Assembly (NCBI RefSeq): GCF_009914755.1
Contig: NC_060929.1
Length of the DNA: 64,000 nt
Direction: 5' to 3' (one strand)
Source of the DNA: the human T2T-CHM13v2.0 reference genome, Homo sapiens
Position 1 is the stretch's first letter. The number at the start of each line of letters is the position of its first letter. Below are positions 40,618 through 64,000 of the stretch, one piece after another. A model generated the notes under the pieces. It ran no database searches, was not told where the DNA came from, and saw only the letters and a program-made list of their open reading frames with translations. The translations under genes were made by a program, and so were the position numbers.

Positions 40618-41776
40618 TTAAAGTGTTGATCTTGCACCACTGTAGTTTGTTCAAAGTCATTACTGATTGGCACTCAGCCTGCATGTGAGCATCTTGTCTG
40701 CTAATCTATGATCAGGGCAAGGAGAAAGGTGATGGAAGAAGCTGGCACAGAGGAGTCCACTGGGTGAATGACCGGGTGGAGGGAGAGCTGCAGGGCTGCA
40801 CCTGAGCATCCACCCAACACAGCTCATCTGGATGCCTGCGACCCGACTGCTTGCCCCCATAGGAGAGCATGTGTCAGCGTGAGGGAGGTGATCACTGCAT
40901 GCAGATTAGTGTCTCTCCATTTCCTGAGCATCCTGTCCCAGGACAATATCGTTTTATATGAGGCACTCAGAGATTTGTCCTGAATTTTTGGTTGAGTGAG
41001 CAACGTGACATTCTGTAACTAACTGAAGGGAAATTCAGTGTTCATTCTTGTAACTCATTGATTTTTCCTGCCTCCTGTATTTTTTGTTGAGATGAGTGAT
41101 TTGTTATTTTCCTATTCATGATTTTCAACAAGACTCCCATTCCAAAGCCAAAAGATAAGGGACAATATAATATTTAGTCATTTTCTCCTGAAGCACAAAA
41201 TGGAGGTTTCTGATTCAATATGGATTGAGGGAGGGCATTGTGTGATTGATAGGAGTTCAGAGTTTGCCCAAAATCTAACAAATATTTGAAATTATTTTAT
41301 TCTTGCTTTCATACAATGGAAAAATGATCACCCTGATAAACCATTAACTGCCTTTTTCAGCAGTCACCGATGACTCCCCTCTTCCACTTTCCTGGACTCA
41401 ATCCATTTTTTCTAGAAGACTTTTCCAGGTGGATGGTTTGGTATGTTAATAGCAGAAAAAGATTCAAATGGCTTCAGAAACCACTTTTTATTGTTTTGAA
41501 AGTTAGAACATTAAACCACTGATACACTGTTGGGAGCGCCCAGTTCAATTATCCCCATTGGTTCTCAGTTGCCCACCAGACAATGATTCATGCTGGCCCC
41601 CGAGGGCCCTTCCATGGCTGGACAACTGCCTTTCCAGCCTTCTCATAGCTCCCTGTGGGATTTGCCTGCATGCACAGGCACTTGACTCACTTCACAGCTC
41701 TCAGATGCCACCAAAAGGGAATAAAGAAAAGAACCAAAGGTAGAGAGTCTTCTCTGCCAAAAATGTGCCATCTAAC

Positions 41777-42110
41777 AGGGGTTGGCTGTTAACTATAGCC
41801 TGTGGGCCAAGTTCACCCGCTGCCTGTTTTCACAAAGTCCATGAGCAAAGAATGTGTTTACATTTTTAAATGGTTAAAAAAGAATGGTTAAAAGAAGAAT
41901 AATACTTCATGATGTGTGAAAGTCATATAAAATTCAAATTTCACTGTCCATAAGTAAAGTTTTATTGAAACACAGCCATACCCATTCCTTTACACATTGT
42001 CTGTTGTGGCTTTTGCACTGCCAGGGCAGAGTTTCATAGTTTGCAACAGTGATCGTATGGCCTAAAATATTAATTATCTGTCACTTTACAAGAAAAATTT
42101 GCTGCCCCTG
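41777..42110. mobile_element. MER58-like hAT DNA transposon
   Basis: Terminal inverted repeats caggggttggc...ttgctgcccctg and internal aataaagttttattgaaacacagcca-like motif. Confidence 0.72.
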
Positions 42111-43543
42111 TTCCTATCATATGCTAAGGTCCTTCTGATGGAAATATCTGTTCTTGTTCTCTTCCAAATCTTCAGTCATACTAGGGACATTAACAGTTAC
42201 TATCTCACTTATTTATTTTTTACACTATTTACTCTTTTGAAATCTTCTGGGCAACAGCCCTTTGTTTGATAAACCGGAAATATTCAATTCCTGTGATCCT
42301 CAAGAACATTCCACAAACTAAGTACCTGTGATAGGAATGTGACAGGAAGGCTCTCTAGAGCTATGGTAAGGAGCAAGATAAACACAACCTTCCCTTGTGT
42401 TGCTAATTCTAATGGGAAAAATTAAGCAATCTGTAACCAAAAGTATGGTAATTTTTTTCATAGAGAAGATAGAAGGTGTCCAGAGACTACAGAGTGGGAA
42501 TACCTTAGCTTATGTAGGTGATATCAAGGGAGGGCTTCTCCGAGGAGGTGGATTTCCAGTGAGACCTGAAGGACAAGTAGGTATTAGATCAGTGAAGAGC
42601 AAGGTGACATTTACATGGAGAGAAACAAACTTCTGTGCTATTTAAGTTGTTATTTGGGGGTCTTTGTTACATTCATCCAAGCCTTTTTTTTTTGTTGTCA
42701 CTCTGTTGCCCAATGTGGTGGTGTGATCCCAGCTCACTGAAGCCTCGACCTCCTGAGCTCCAGGATCCTCCACCACAGCCTTCTGAGTACACAGGACTAC
42801 AGGCATGCAGCACTATGCCTGCCTAATTTTTAAAATTTTAGTTTTTTGTAGAGACAGGATCTCACTATGTTGCTCCAGCTGGTCTCAAACTCCAGCCTTT
42901 AGTCATCCTTCCGTCTTGGCCTCTCAGAGTGCTGGAATTACAGGCATGGCCACTGCACTTGTCCCTAATGCGTTCTTTGTAGCAAAACTGCATGACCTGC
43001 TTCCTCCTGTGGAGCTGGGAGTCAGAGCCTCTGTGTGGACTGGTTTGGGGAGGAGCTTGAAGTTCCAAGGGGCAAGGACTCTGGGTTGCTGGCTGTTTTT
43101 TTCTCTTTGGGGGAGTTTTTTTGGTTGGCCCCTAAATGTCTTAAAAATGAAAACAAAGGCCTTTTATGCAATGATGCACCTACCCTTCTTCAGCCAAGCT
43201 GTTCTCTGTGAGCTTAACTTTTATTCTGAAAGACTCTTTTAACTCGAGCTCCTTGACATAACAACACACGATTTGATGGGAATCTTCTTGCCAGTTTTGT
43301 TTTTAGGGTAGAGGAATTGTTTCCGAGGTTTAGTGAATATACTCTGAGAAGAGACTGAGAGGATTTCGCTCTGATATCTCTTCTGACATCTGTCATCTAA
43401 CTTCCAGGTAATTTAGACATCCCTGCTGACCTATATATAAAACTAGCACAATACATTGTCTTAGGAAAATAACACCAGCTTTGCGAAGAACTTTCTTCCA
43501 GGACTAAATACTAGGTACTATTTTCACTTTAAAAGTCAATGGG

Positions 43544-44489
<946 letters not shown>

Positions 44490-45284
44490 GTCAATGACAG
44501 CCTGTGCTCAGAATGAAGATGTGTTTTTTTTTTCCCAGTGATTCAATATTCACTCTTAAACACTCATTTTGTCATGCAGAGGAGTCATGCACATAAGAAA
44601 AGCCAGCCCAAGAAATTAGTCAGTATACTGATGAATATGTTTTCATTAGCTGGATACTGATTCATGTAAATCAATGAAGAGATAAAGTAATGTTGGAATA
44701 ATTGACCAGATATAAACCTGTCCATAATATAATGAAACCTCTTACAGATGCCTTCAGGATGTGTTACATTTATAATCATAAGTGAGAAAACTGTAGTAAA
44801 CATTTGTCATTTTTGGTTGTCCAGCATCCAAACACCCTTTCTATTTTGGCAAGTACAAGGTCAGTGAAGGCCAGGATCTTACTTCCCAATCTGGAAGCTG
44901 GAGAGGAGCAAAGAATCTCCCTCCAGATTCTAGAATAATTACAACATCACTCCACTTCACTCCAGCCTGGGTGACAGAGCGAGGCTCTGTGTGTGGACAT
45001 TTGAGCGGGGCTCTGTGTGTGAACATTTGACCAATGCTCTGCCAATCACATGTTCTTCCCTGAGGCTTTGGATCTTCAGGGAGTGATACCAAGGCCAGAG
45101 AGAGCAGAGACTATTCAGAGTGGCTGCTGGATGGAATTGAGATGTCAGTGGATATTGACAAGTGTCTGGAGCTGATGATGTTAGGGCTGGCACCCTTTGC
45201 AGACTAAATCTCTGGTGGGATCCTTATTGTGCCCTGTGTACCTAAGTTCCTGTTTCCAAGGTTAATTCTCCATTTTTCCTGACT

Positions 45285-48825
<3,541 letters not shown>

Positions 48826-49366
48826 GGAATATATTTTCAACATCCTGATAGACTCTGGCTTGCCATGCTGACCAACATTCAGCAGGGAGTGAATCAGTGT
48901 GGGCAGAGCCACTGTCCTCACAGGTCTAGTCATTTCCAATACTGGAAATGGACTGGACACATTCCTTCCTCTGATTTTTTGTTTGCTCTGATGAAGCCTT
49001 TCCTGCCGTCTCCTCTCTCTGCTTTTCTAACTCTCACACCTCCTTAGAAGCCCACCTCAACTCTGTGGAGCCTCTGCTAAGCATCCCAACCATCATGGCA
49101 TATCCCTTTTGTGAGCTTCTATAATACATGGTAGCAGTCACTGGGTTTTTAGTTTGAATTTAGACTTTTCTTTGTATCCTTTGCCTTCTTAGCAAAAGTC
49201 TCAGCTCTTTGAGGTCCAGGATCATGTCTTCTATCCTTGAATTGTTGAGAGTACCCATCTCAGTACAGGCAGAGAGCATTGGATGACTGGTTGTCAGCCT
49301 CCACTAAAGCTGGAGATGCAGGAGGGCCCTGAGGGTTGCAATGGGAGAGGGTGGTAGACGTGGTAG

Positions 49367-51790
<2,424 letters not shown>

Positions 51791-52119
51791 CCCAATCACT
51801 GCTAGTAAGCAAAGGCAAAGTTATCTGGCCAGCTTTAAAATCTCTGAACTCCCTTAAACTGGGCAGTCATTGATTTTGTGTATTCTGTGTGTATTTTTCT
51901 GGGGACAGGGCCCAGTTCCCTTCTACCTACCTTTTCACCAAGTGGTTCTTCACTGTCATTCTCTGCACAGGCTCCTCTTCTGGGCTTTCCCATTTCCCAC
52001 CTCCTTCTCCCCTTGGTTAACAAAAGCTATTGTCCTTTGAGACCCATCTGAACACCATAGTTTCTGCATACAGTGTTGGACAAGATGATTTTGGTTGCTA
52101 GTGACAGAATCTCAACTCA

Positions 52120-52943
<824 letters not shown>

Positions 52944-54029
52944 TCATCTTCAGATTTTGGAGTCCAGACTCAGCCTAAAGCTCATTTTGGGGTTCCTGAG
53001 AATCCACAGGCTCATAATACCCTATTTGATTAAGCTACCATGAGAAGGCTTCTGTTACACGTGGACCTGACAAAATGAAATGAGGTCCTGGAATGTAATT
53101 GTAAAAGGAAAAGTACAACTCCTCCTCAGATGATCTTTGATGCTATCACTGATTGGAGCAGGAAGACTTGGGAAGCCACTGGGATGGATTAAACAATTCG
53201 GAAAACTCACTGAGAGTCTTCTGAGTGTAGAGCAGGATTCTAGGTATGTGAGCCTCGCCGATGCTTTTGGTGCCTTACATCACATCCCCACCTCTGTTTT
53301 CACCCAGGCCCCTGTCACCTTTAATCGTGACCTTGAGAATGCATCCTTTAAAGGCCCTTTTCTCCTCTCCTGCTTTACTCTCTGTATTCCTTAATTTCTG
53401 CTTCCTAGGATTGCATTCCAAATAAACTACATGTTCCCAGACCTTGTCTAAATTCTGCTTTAAGAAAAACTCAAACCAATATAGATATATATATATATAT
53501 ATATAAAATATGGTATTTGCCCATAGGGGACTTATAAGTTTAGTTGGAGTATTTGAACAAATATTATTGGAAAGCAATAAAATGAAAAAGCAGGTTTCAA
53601 TTAAATAACACATGAGTGGTACAGATTCCAGTCCATATAGTTGCTGTAGGTTTTATTAAATTTTAGTAATAATTCTTCCAGTTCTGATTAACCAGGAAGA
53701 TCTAGTTCTTCCAGAATTATTATTTCATTTGATATTTCATTAATCTTGTATCTCATGGAAGCACTCTGTTCTCAGCTAAGTATGAAGAGGTGGGATTGGG
53801 TACACTTTGTACCATATCCTTAGTGATCTGTAATTATATCCTGTCATTCAAATGCTATTCTATTCAACTTTAAAGAACTTTTAAACATCCTTAACATTTT
53901 ACTTTTTCTTTTTAAACAGAACACTTAGGTCTTCACAAAATCATCCTGGAACATGTCGTGAGAGTAAACAAAGTTATTTTGTAATTGGGGCCAATTATTT
54001 TAAAGAAAAAATAAAGGAATTTAATTTTT

Positions 54030-54578
54030 GTTTTAAAGTAACAAATACATTTTTAATTGATCTAAGATAAAAACTATTTGGAGAAGATTAGTGATCATTT
54101 TAGCCCTTAATCTGTTAGAACTGTATCCTGAACAGCCTTGAGAAACTGGGTTTACTGTTTATATTCACTATTTCACATCATCCACAGTATAAGGGAAAAA
54201 AAGGCATTGTATCAGTTTAGGTTAAATGCATGGCTGGCAACCAAATCCAATCTCTTATATTCTGTATTTTTTTATTTCGCTCTTCTACTTTGTTGATATC
54301 AGCTTTCACAGCATCTTCCTTGGCAGTGTCTTTCAGCTCATTCCAGCATCCTGCTTTGCCTTGCCTTTGAGGTCTAACATCCTGGGCCATTCTGTATTTA
54401 AGTCATGCACAGTCGCTTGTTTGCAGCGGCTGTAGATGAACATCCTCTCATCATCTGCTGGCTTGGTCTCAAGGTGCTTAATATCCTTGGCAGCTTTCTC
54501 AAACAGCCTGAGACATACTGGCAGTTGTTGCAAGGATTCCTGGGAGCCCACTGAGAAGGTACAGAGCAGGAAGCTATT
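54030..54578 (-). pseudogene. DBIP2: DBI (acyl-CoA-binding protein / diazepam binding inhibitor) processed pseudogene
   Basis: Intronless remnant from ATG at 54516 to TAA at 54255 reads [78 protein letters not shown]..., versus DBI [63 protein letters not shown]. It has three frameshifts (-2, -1, +1), ATTAAA plus an A-rich remnant at about 54030-54057, and a TSD ggaa(t/c)ttaattttt at 54016-54029 and 54579-54592. The pseudogene number is from recall. Confidence 0.92.
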
Positions 54579-54838
54579 GGAACTTAATTTTTCAATTGCA
54601 AAACTAATATAGCAATATTAAGAACATTTTTGAGTAAATAGAAACATACTATTAAGACTTATTTTAACTTTGTGATTGTTATGGTTGGCCATTTTATAGA
54701 TATATTTGTTATGCATTGTAGCATTGGTAAAATTTTGTATCCAGTCCTATTTCAAGAAAATTTTGGAGTGTTAGGAAGTCATCCTGAAAGATTTGCTAGT
54801 TCCATGAAGTATTCCAGGATTATATACCAGCCAACTGG

Positions 54839-55486
<648 letters not shown>

Positions 55487-57199
55487 GTTGGCCTTCACCA
55501 TCCACTATGCAGAAATATAAAGGAGGCTGTTTTCCCAATTCCCTTTCTCTACTAGGCCCATTTAAACCAGGAATTCTGGTTGCCATATTCATGAAAGAAG
55601 GCACTAGAGAATTCCTTAAAATATCAAGCTCTCTTAATGTATCTTATGGATTTTTCACCTCTAATTATTGAAGAGTAATATGTATTACGAAGGCAGAGCA
55701 TTGTTTGTATTTGCATTTCAGAGTTGGGGCAAGACACTTCTTTACTTCTATATTTTGGTTTTTACTTTCTTCCAAGTCCTATGATAATAAGAATTTATCT
55801 TGAGAGACAATGATGATGTGTCTTTTATTTTGCTATGCTTTCAATGGTAAAACCTTATAGTATAAATACTCCTATTTTTCAATTCTAGGAATTTTCCTTG
55901 TATTACTTCTTTGACAATTTATTTGCTTTCATTTTCTCTGTTCTTTCTTTCTGGGCCTCCTAGTTTTAGCATGTTAATCCTCCTGGATTAATAATATATT
56001 ATAAATACACATGTGAATATAATAGATACACATATATGTGTATTATATGTGTATATATGATATGATCTATCTCCTTTTATTGATCTGTTTTTTTGTTCTA
56101 CTTTTGGTAAGATTTCCTCAAATTTGTCTTTCAACTTCATAACTTTTTATTGCTAACATCCTATTTTTAAATTTCTAACAACTCTTGCTTGGTATCTGAA
56201 TTTTTTCTACAGCATCATTCTCTTGTTTCATAGATGTATCTTTCATCTCTCTAAGGCTATTAATAAGATTATTTTGAAGCTTATTTTCTTTTCATTATTC
56301 CTAAGTTGATATTTTCTGCATCACATTTTCACGACTTTATTTTTAAAATTCCTCCTTTTAAGTCAGAACATTCTCCCAACTTTAAATCTAGTAAGAGTCT
56401 TCAAAATTTTAAGGAAAAATCCCTAGAGTTTAATCTAATTAGCTCTGATTGGCTCAACTTGGGTCATTTGCTCATTCTTGAACCAGGCACTGTGTAGGGA
56501 GACCACAGTGTTCCAGTTGGTTGAGAGTGGATCAACATTCCTCCCCTAGAACTAGATAGAAAGTCATCTCCATCAGAATTTGTGAGTGGGGGAAGAGTGG
56601 GCCTTCAGAGAAAAATAGGCGGCTGTTACTAGGAAAAGAGCAAAGGGATATTGGATGGCCAGAAAAGAACATACATGCTTAATATAGCACCTTGTCCAGG
56701 GGTTTTCTCTGCAGGAACCTGGCCTAGCAGTTGAAAAGGCAATGTCTGAATTCCTGTAGTGACCAGTTACTCACAATTTTAAGGAAATTCAGTCTATCCC
56801 CAGATAACACCACCTTATAGGAAAGTCTTGTATTATGCCAATGTCTAGCTTTCTTTGGCTGTCACCTGTGACCCTAGTTTTGCTCTTGGGTATACCCCTG
56901 AGATATGTGAAGGCCATTCTCAAGTTCTCAGGTCCTTTCTTTTCAGACTCAATACCTGTTGCTATGTCTTTTCCTAATCTGAAAACATTTTTAGTCCTTT
57001 TTCTATTTTTGACCCTATTTTTTCTAAATTTAGGCATTTTGGTTTAGCATGAGCGATCCAGATCACAGAGTACCAAAATGCTTTATGCTTTCAAAATTGA
57101 TTCATACTAAGCTGTTTAAGTTTCTGTATATAATCTAAGAATATGTATAGAGTTCATTTGTTTACTCAAGTAGTATGTATTGAGCCTCTACTACAATAA

Positions 57200-57890
57200 T
57201 TCTTAAACCTTTGTTGCACATTAGAATAATCACAGAAACAAAAAACCAAACACCGCATATTCTCACTCATAGGTGGGACTTGAACAATGAGAACACCTGG
57301 ACACAGGAGGGGGAACATCACACTCTAGGGACCGTTGTGGGGTGGGGGGAGGGGGGAGGGATAGCATTAGGAGATATACCTAATGCTAAATGACGAGTTA
57401 ATGGGTGCAGCACACCAGCATGGCACATGTATACATATGTAACAAACTGCACGTTGTGCACATGTATCCTAAAACTTAAAGTATTAATAATAATAATAAT
57501 AAATATTTTTTACAAAAGAAAAAAAAAGAATAATCACAAAAACTTAAAAATCCTGATGCCTGGCCTACACCCCAAACCAAAATTGGACTCTCTAGGATAG
57601 GGAGGGGATAGGAACTCAGACACCAGTATTTTTTTTTTTTTTTTGAGACAGAGTCTCTCCCAGTAGCTGGGACTACAGGTGCCCGCCACCACGCCCGGCT
57701 AATTTTTTGTATTTTTAGTAGAGATGGGGTTTCACCGTGGTCTCAATATCCTGACCTCCTGATCCGCCCGCCTCGGCCTCCCAAAATGCCGGGATTACAG
57801 GCGTGAGCCACCGTGCCCAGCCAGGCACCAGTATTTTAAGCTCCCCAGGTGAGGCTAATGTATAGCTGAAGTGGAAAACCTCTGCTCTAC
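57200..57890. mobile_element. MER5A-like element hosting an L1PA 3' end (57235-57526, +, TSD agaataatcaca) and a deleted AluY (57628-57822, -, TSD caccagtatttt)
   Basis: MER5-like ttcttaaacctttgttgcacattagaat...ctccccaggtgaggctaatgtatagc. The L1 3'UTR has its G-rich tract. Both TSDs are visible. Confidence 0.78.
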
Positions 57891-58738
57891 TAAGCAGTAG
57901 GCCTCCTTCAAAATACAATGTCAATGGGTATAGGTTTCCTTAAGGTTTTTCAGAAAATGAATTTGAGGCATGTCTCCATCGTTTGCCTCTGTCTGACCTT
58001 GGGCAACTTCTGTATAGGATTATTCATCAAGTCACATCAGAGAAAGCAACCTGGGGCAAGCCAGCTCTTTAGCCATGGATAATTATCAAGGTTTCTGAGA
58101 AAAAGTACTTGTATTAATATTCAGTTAAAAACTTGCTTTTATATACTTTTCTCAGTTTGGTTGATAATTCCTGGAGGATGATGGTATCTGAATTTATTAA
58201 ACTGACCTCATGCAGAATCAAGAGTAGCATTATGTTCTGGTGGGAACTTAAGAGGTTCTTGAAATTATTTTCAACCAAAAAAATGTAGTCCTGTCTTTTA
58301 TGACTATGAATTAGAGGCCATCTATGAAGCTGCTGAGTTTTATAGAAAAGCCTGCATTTAGACTGACATCTATCTTGTAATGTGGCAGTAAAAAATTCTG
58401 AAACATTTACAGAACAAAGGTTAAGGCCAAACTTTATCAGCATAATGTTTATAGAGACTAAATCTGCACAAAAAAGGGGCAGATTTATTATTTGTGTTTA
58501 ACTACAGTGTCTATTGTGTGTTTAAAAGTCCATATTAAATGAAGTAGATTCACTGAAGTAGGAAGGGAGACAAGTTGAGAATCAGGAAAGGAGAAAGTCT
58601 AGTGAACTTCTTTAAGAGCCACTTTTGAACTGTCTTCTAGCACTTGCTGACTTTGAATCATTTTTCCCAATTTTTATTGTGAATATTTTCAAACATATAG
58701 AAAAGCTTAATAATATGATGACATCTGTATATTCTTGC

Positions 58739-59470
58739 ATATTAGTCAGGGTTCTCCAGAGAAACAGAACCAATAGGATTCATTGATTTGAATTGGCTCA
58801 TGCAATTATGGAGTCTTGACAAGTCCTGAGTTCTTCAGGGTGAAATCAGCAAGCCAGACACCCAGGAGAGCCAATGGTTCAGTTCCAATCTGAGTCCAAA
58901 GACCTGAGAACCAGTAGAGTCAACAGTGTAGCTTCTGTCTAAAGGCCAGCAGGCTCAAGAGCCAGGAAGTGCAGATGTTTCAGTTTGAGTCAAAAGGGAG
59001 AAAAATAAGCCAATGTCCCAGGTCAAAGGCAGTCAGGCAGGAAGAATTCTGTTACTTGGGTGAGGGTCAGCCTTTTAATTCTATTCAGGCTTTCAACTGA
59101 TTTGATGAGGCCCATCCACATTAGGAAGGACAATTTTCTTTACTCAGGCTATTAATTTAAATGTTAATTTCATCAAAAAACATCATCACAAGGCTGGGAG
59201 CAGTGGCTCACACCTGTAATCCTTGTACTTTGGGAGGCTGTGGTGGGAAGATGGCTTGAGCCTAGAAGTTTGAGGCCATAGTGAGCTATGATCACACCAT
59301 AGCATTCCAACCTGGGCAACAGAGCAAGACCCTGTCCCTGAAACAAAAATAAAAACAAAAACAATGAAACCCAAATGAAACAAACAAAAAACACCTTCAC
59401 AGAAACACCCAGAATAATGTTTAAGTATCTGGGCACCCAGTCAAGTTGACTCATAAAATTAACCATCACA
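58739..59470. mobile_element. MLT2 (ERVL) LTR with inserted Alu fragment (59192-59380)
   Basis: attagtcagggttctccagagaaacagaaccaatagga...aaaattaaccatcaca. Confidence 0.82.
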
Positions 59471-59474
59471 TCTT

Positions 59475-60021
59475 GTATTAGCTTTCTATTGCTGTACAAT
59501 AATATTACCACACATTTAGCAGCTTAAAACAACATATATTTATTATCTCACAACTTCTGTGGCTCAAGATGCTGGCTATGGTTTAGCTGGATCCTGTTCT
59601 TAAGGTTTCACAAGACTGTACAAGATGCCAGCCAGGGCTGTGGTCTCATCAGATGCTTGACTGGGGGAAAAAATAACTTCTAAGCTCACTCACATTATAG
59701 GCATAATTCAGGTCTTTGCATCTATAAGATTGAGGTCTTCTGTTTCTTGCTGGCTGTCAGCTGGAAGCTACCCTCACCCCATAGAGGCCATGTTACTTCC
59801 TTGTTGGGATTGCCCAAGATGTTCACTTGCTTCCTCAAAGCTAATAAAGGAAAAAGAGAGAACTTAGGTAATCATGTATATCCTGTCACCTTTGCCATAT
59901 GTTATTGTCCAGAAGCAAGTCACAGTTCTTGCTCACAAGAAGGGAGAGGGAGAGGTGTCACATAAGAGTATGAACACCAGGAGTCGGAATCATGGGAACT
60001 ACTGTAAGCCTGTGTACCACA
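59475..60021 (-). mobile_element. MLT1 MaLR LTR
   Basis: tgtattagctttctattgctg...gcagcttaaaacaacatatatttattatctcac...taccaca. Confidence 0.72.
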
Positions 60022-60419
60022 AGTCTCCATTTAGATTCAAGAATTGTTAACATTTTGCACATCTGCTTTGTCTCTCTCTCTTTCTACACACACACTTTTG
60101 ATGAATATTTGTCGTGATTATTTCTCTAAATACATTCATCTCCTAAGAACAGTACACTTCTATATAATTACAACACAATAATCAAAGTATTTTAAAGAAA
60201 ATTAACAATATTTTCATTCAATCATTTAATGTTCAGATCATGTTCAAATTTCTTTCATTGTAGGAGCAAACCTCTTATACATTTTAAAAAATCAAGATCC
60301 AATCAGGTTTCATGCATTACATTTGGTTATGTCATTTTAGTCTCTTTAGTTTAACTCAGTTTTGTCACTAAATTAAAACAACTGAAGTATATTATACATA
60401 CAGAAAAGTATAAATATCA

Positions 60420-63920
<3,501 letters not shown>

Positions 63921-64000
63921 AAAGGAAGAAAAGTTTCACAAATCCCATTTACAACTCTACGAATTTTCGCAAATTGAACAGCCCATTTCCTTCTTATCAC

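Overview
Human-type genomic DNA with a very high Alu density and a near-consensus AluYa5. It contains one protein-coding gene, ANKRD34B, on the minus strand. The whole 514-aa CDS (8466-10010) lies in the last exon, preceded by four predicted non-coding 5' exons leading back to a CpG-island promoter at about 19.1-20.7 kb. The 3' UTR is about 1.7 kb and ends near an AATAAA at 6760-6765. The rest is intergenic: about 45 Alus, L1PA/L1M fragments, MaLR/ERVL solo LTRs, MER DNA transposons, a frameshifted DBI/ACBP processed pseudogene with target-site duplications (TSDs, 54030-54578), microsatellites and a 1.7-kb AT-rich minisatellite/palindrome complex. From recall, the locus is 5q14.1 between FAM151B and DHFR; this is not shown by the window itself. 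I found no convincing new gene system. The most notable unexplained structure is (i) a recurring set of short templated duplications and fold-back inversions (12.65k, 21.4k, 24.5k, 32.05k, 44.39k, 61.8k), (ii) a layered post-transcriptional control architecture for ANKRD34B (uORFs set by splicing, a UC/UG repeat next to a weak donor, Pumilio elements, alternative polyA signals), and (iii) two sites hit three times in succession by Alu insertion. Repeat subfamily names and non-coding exon calls were made by eye and need RepeatMasker and RNA-seq confirmation.
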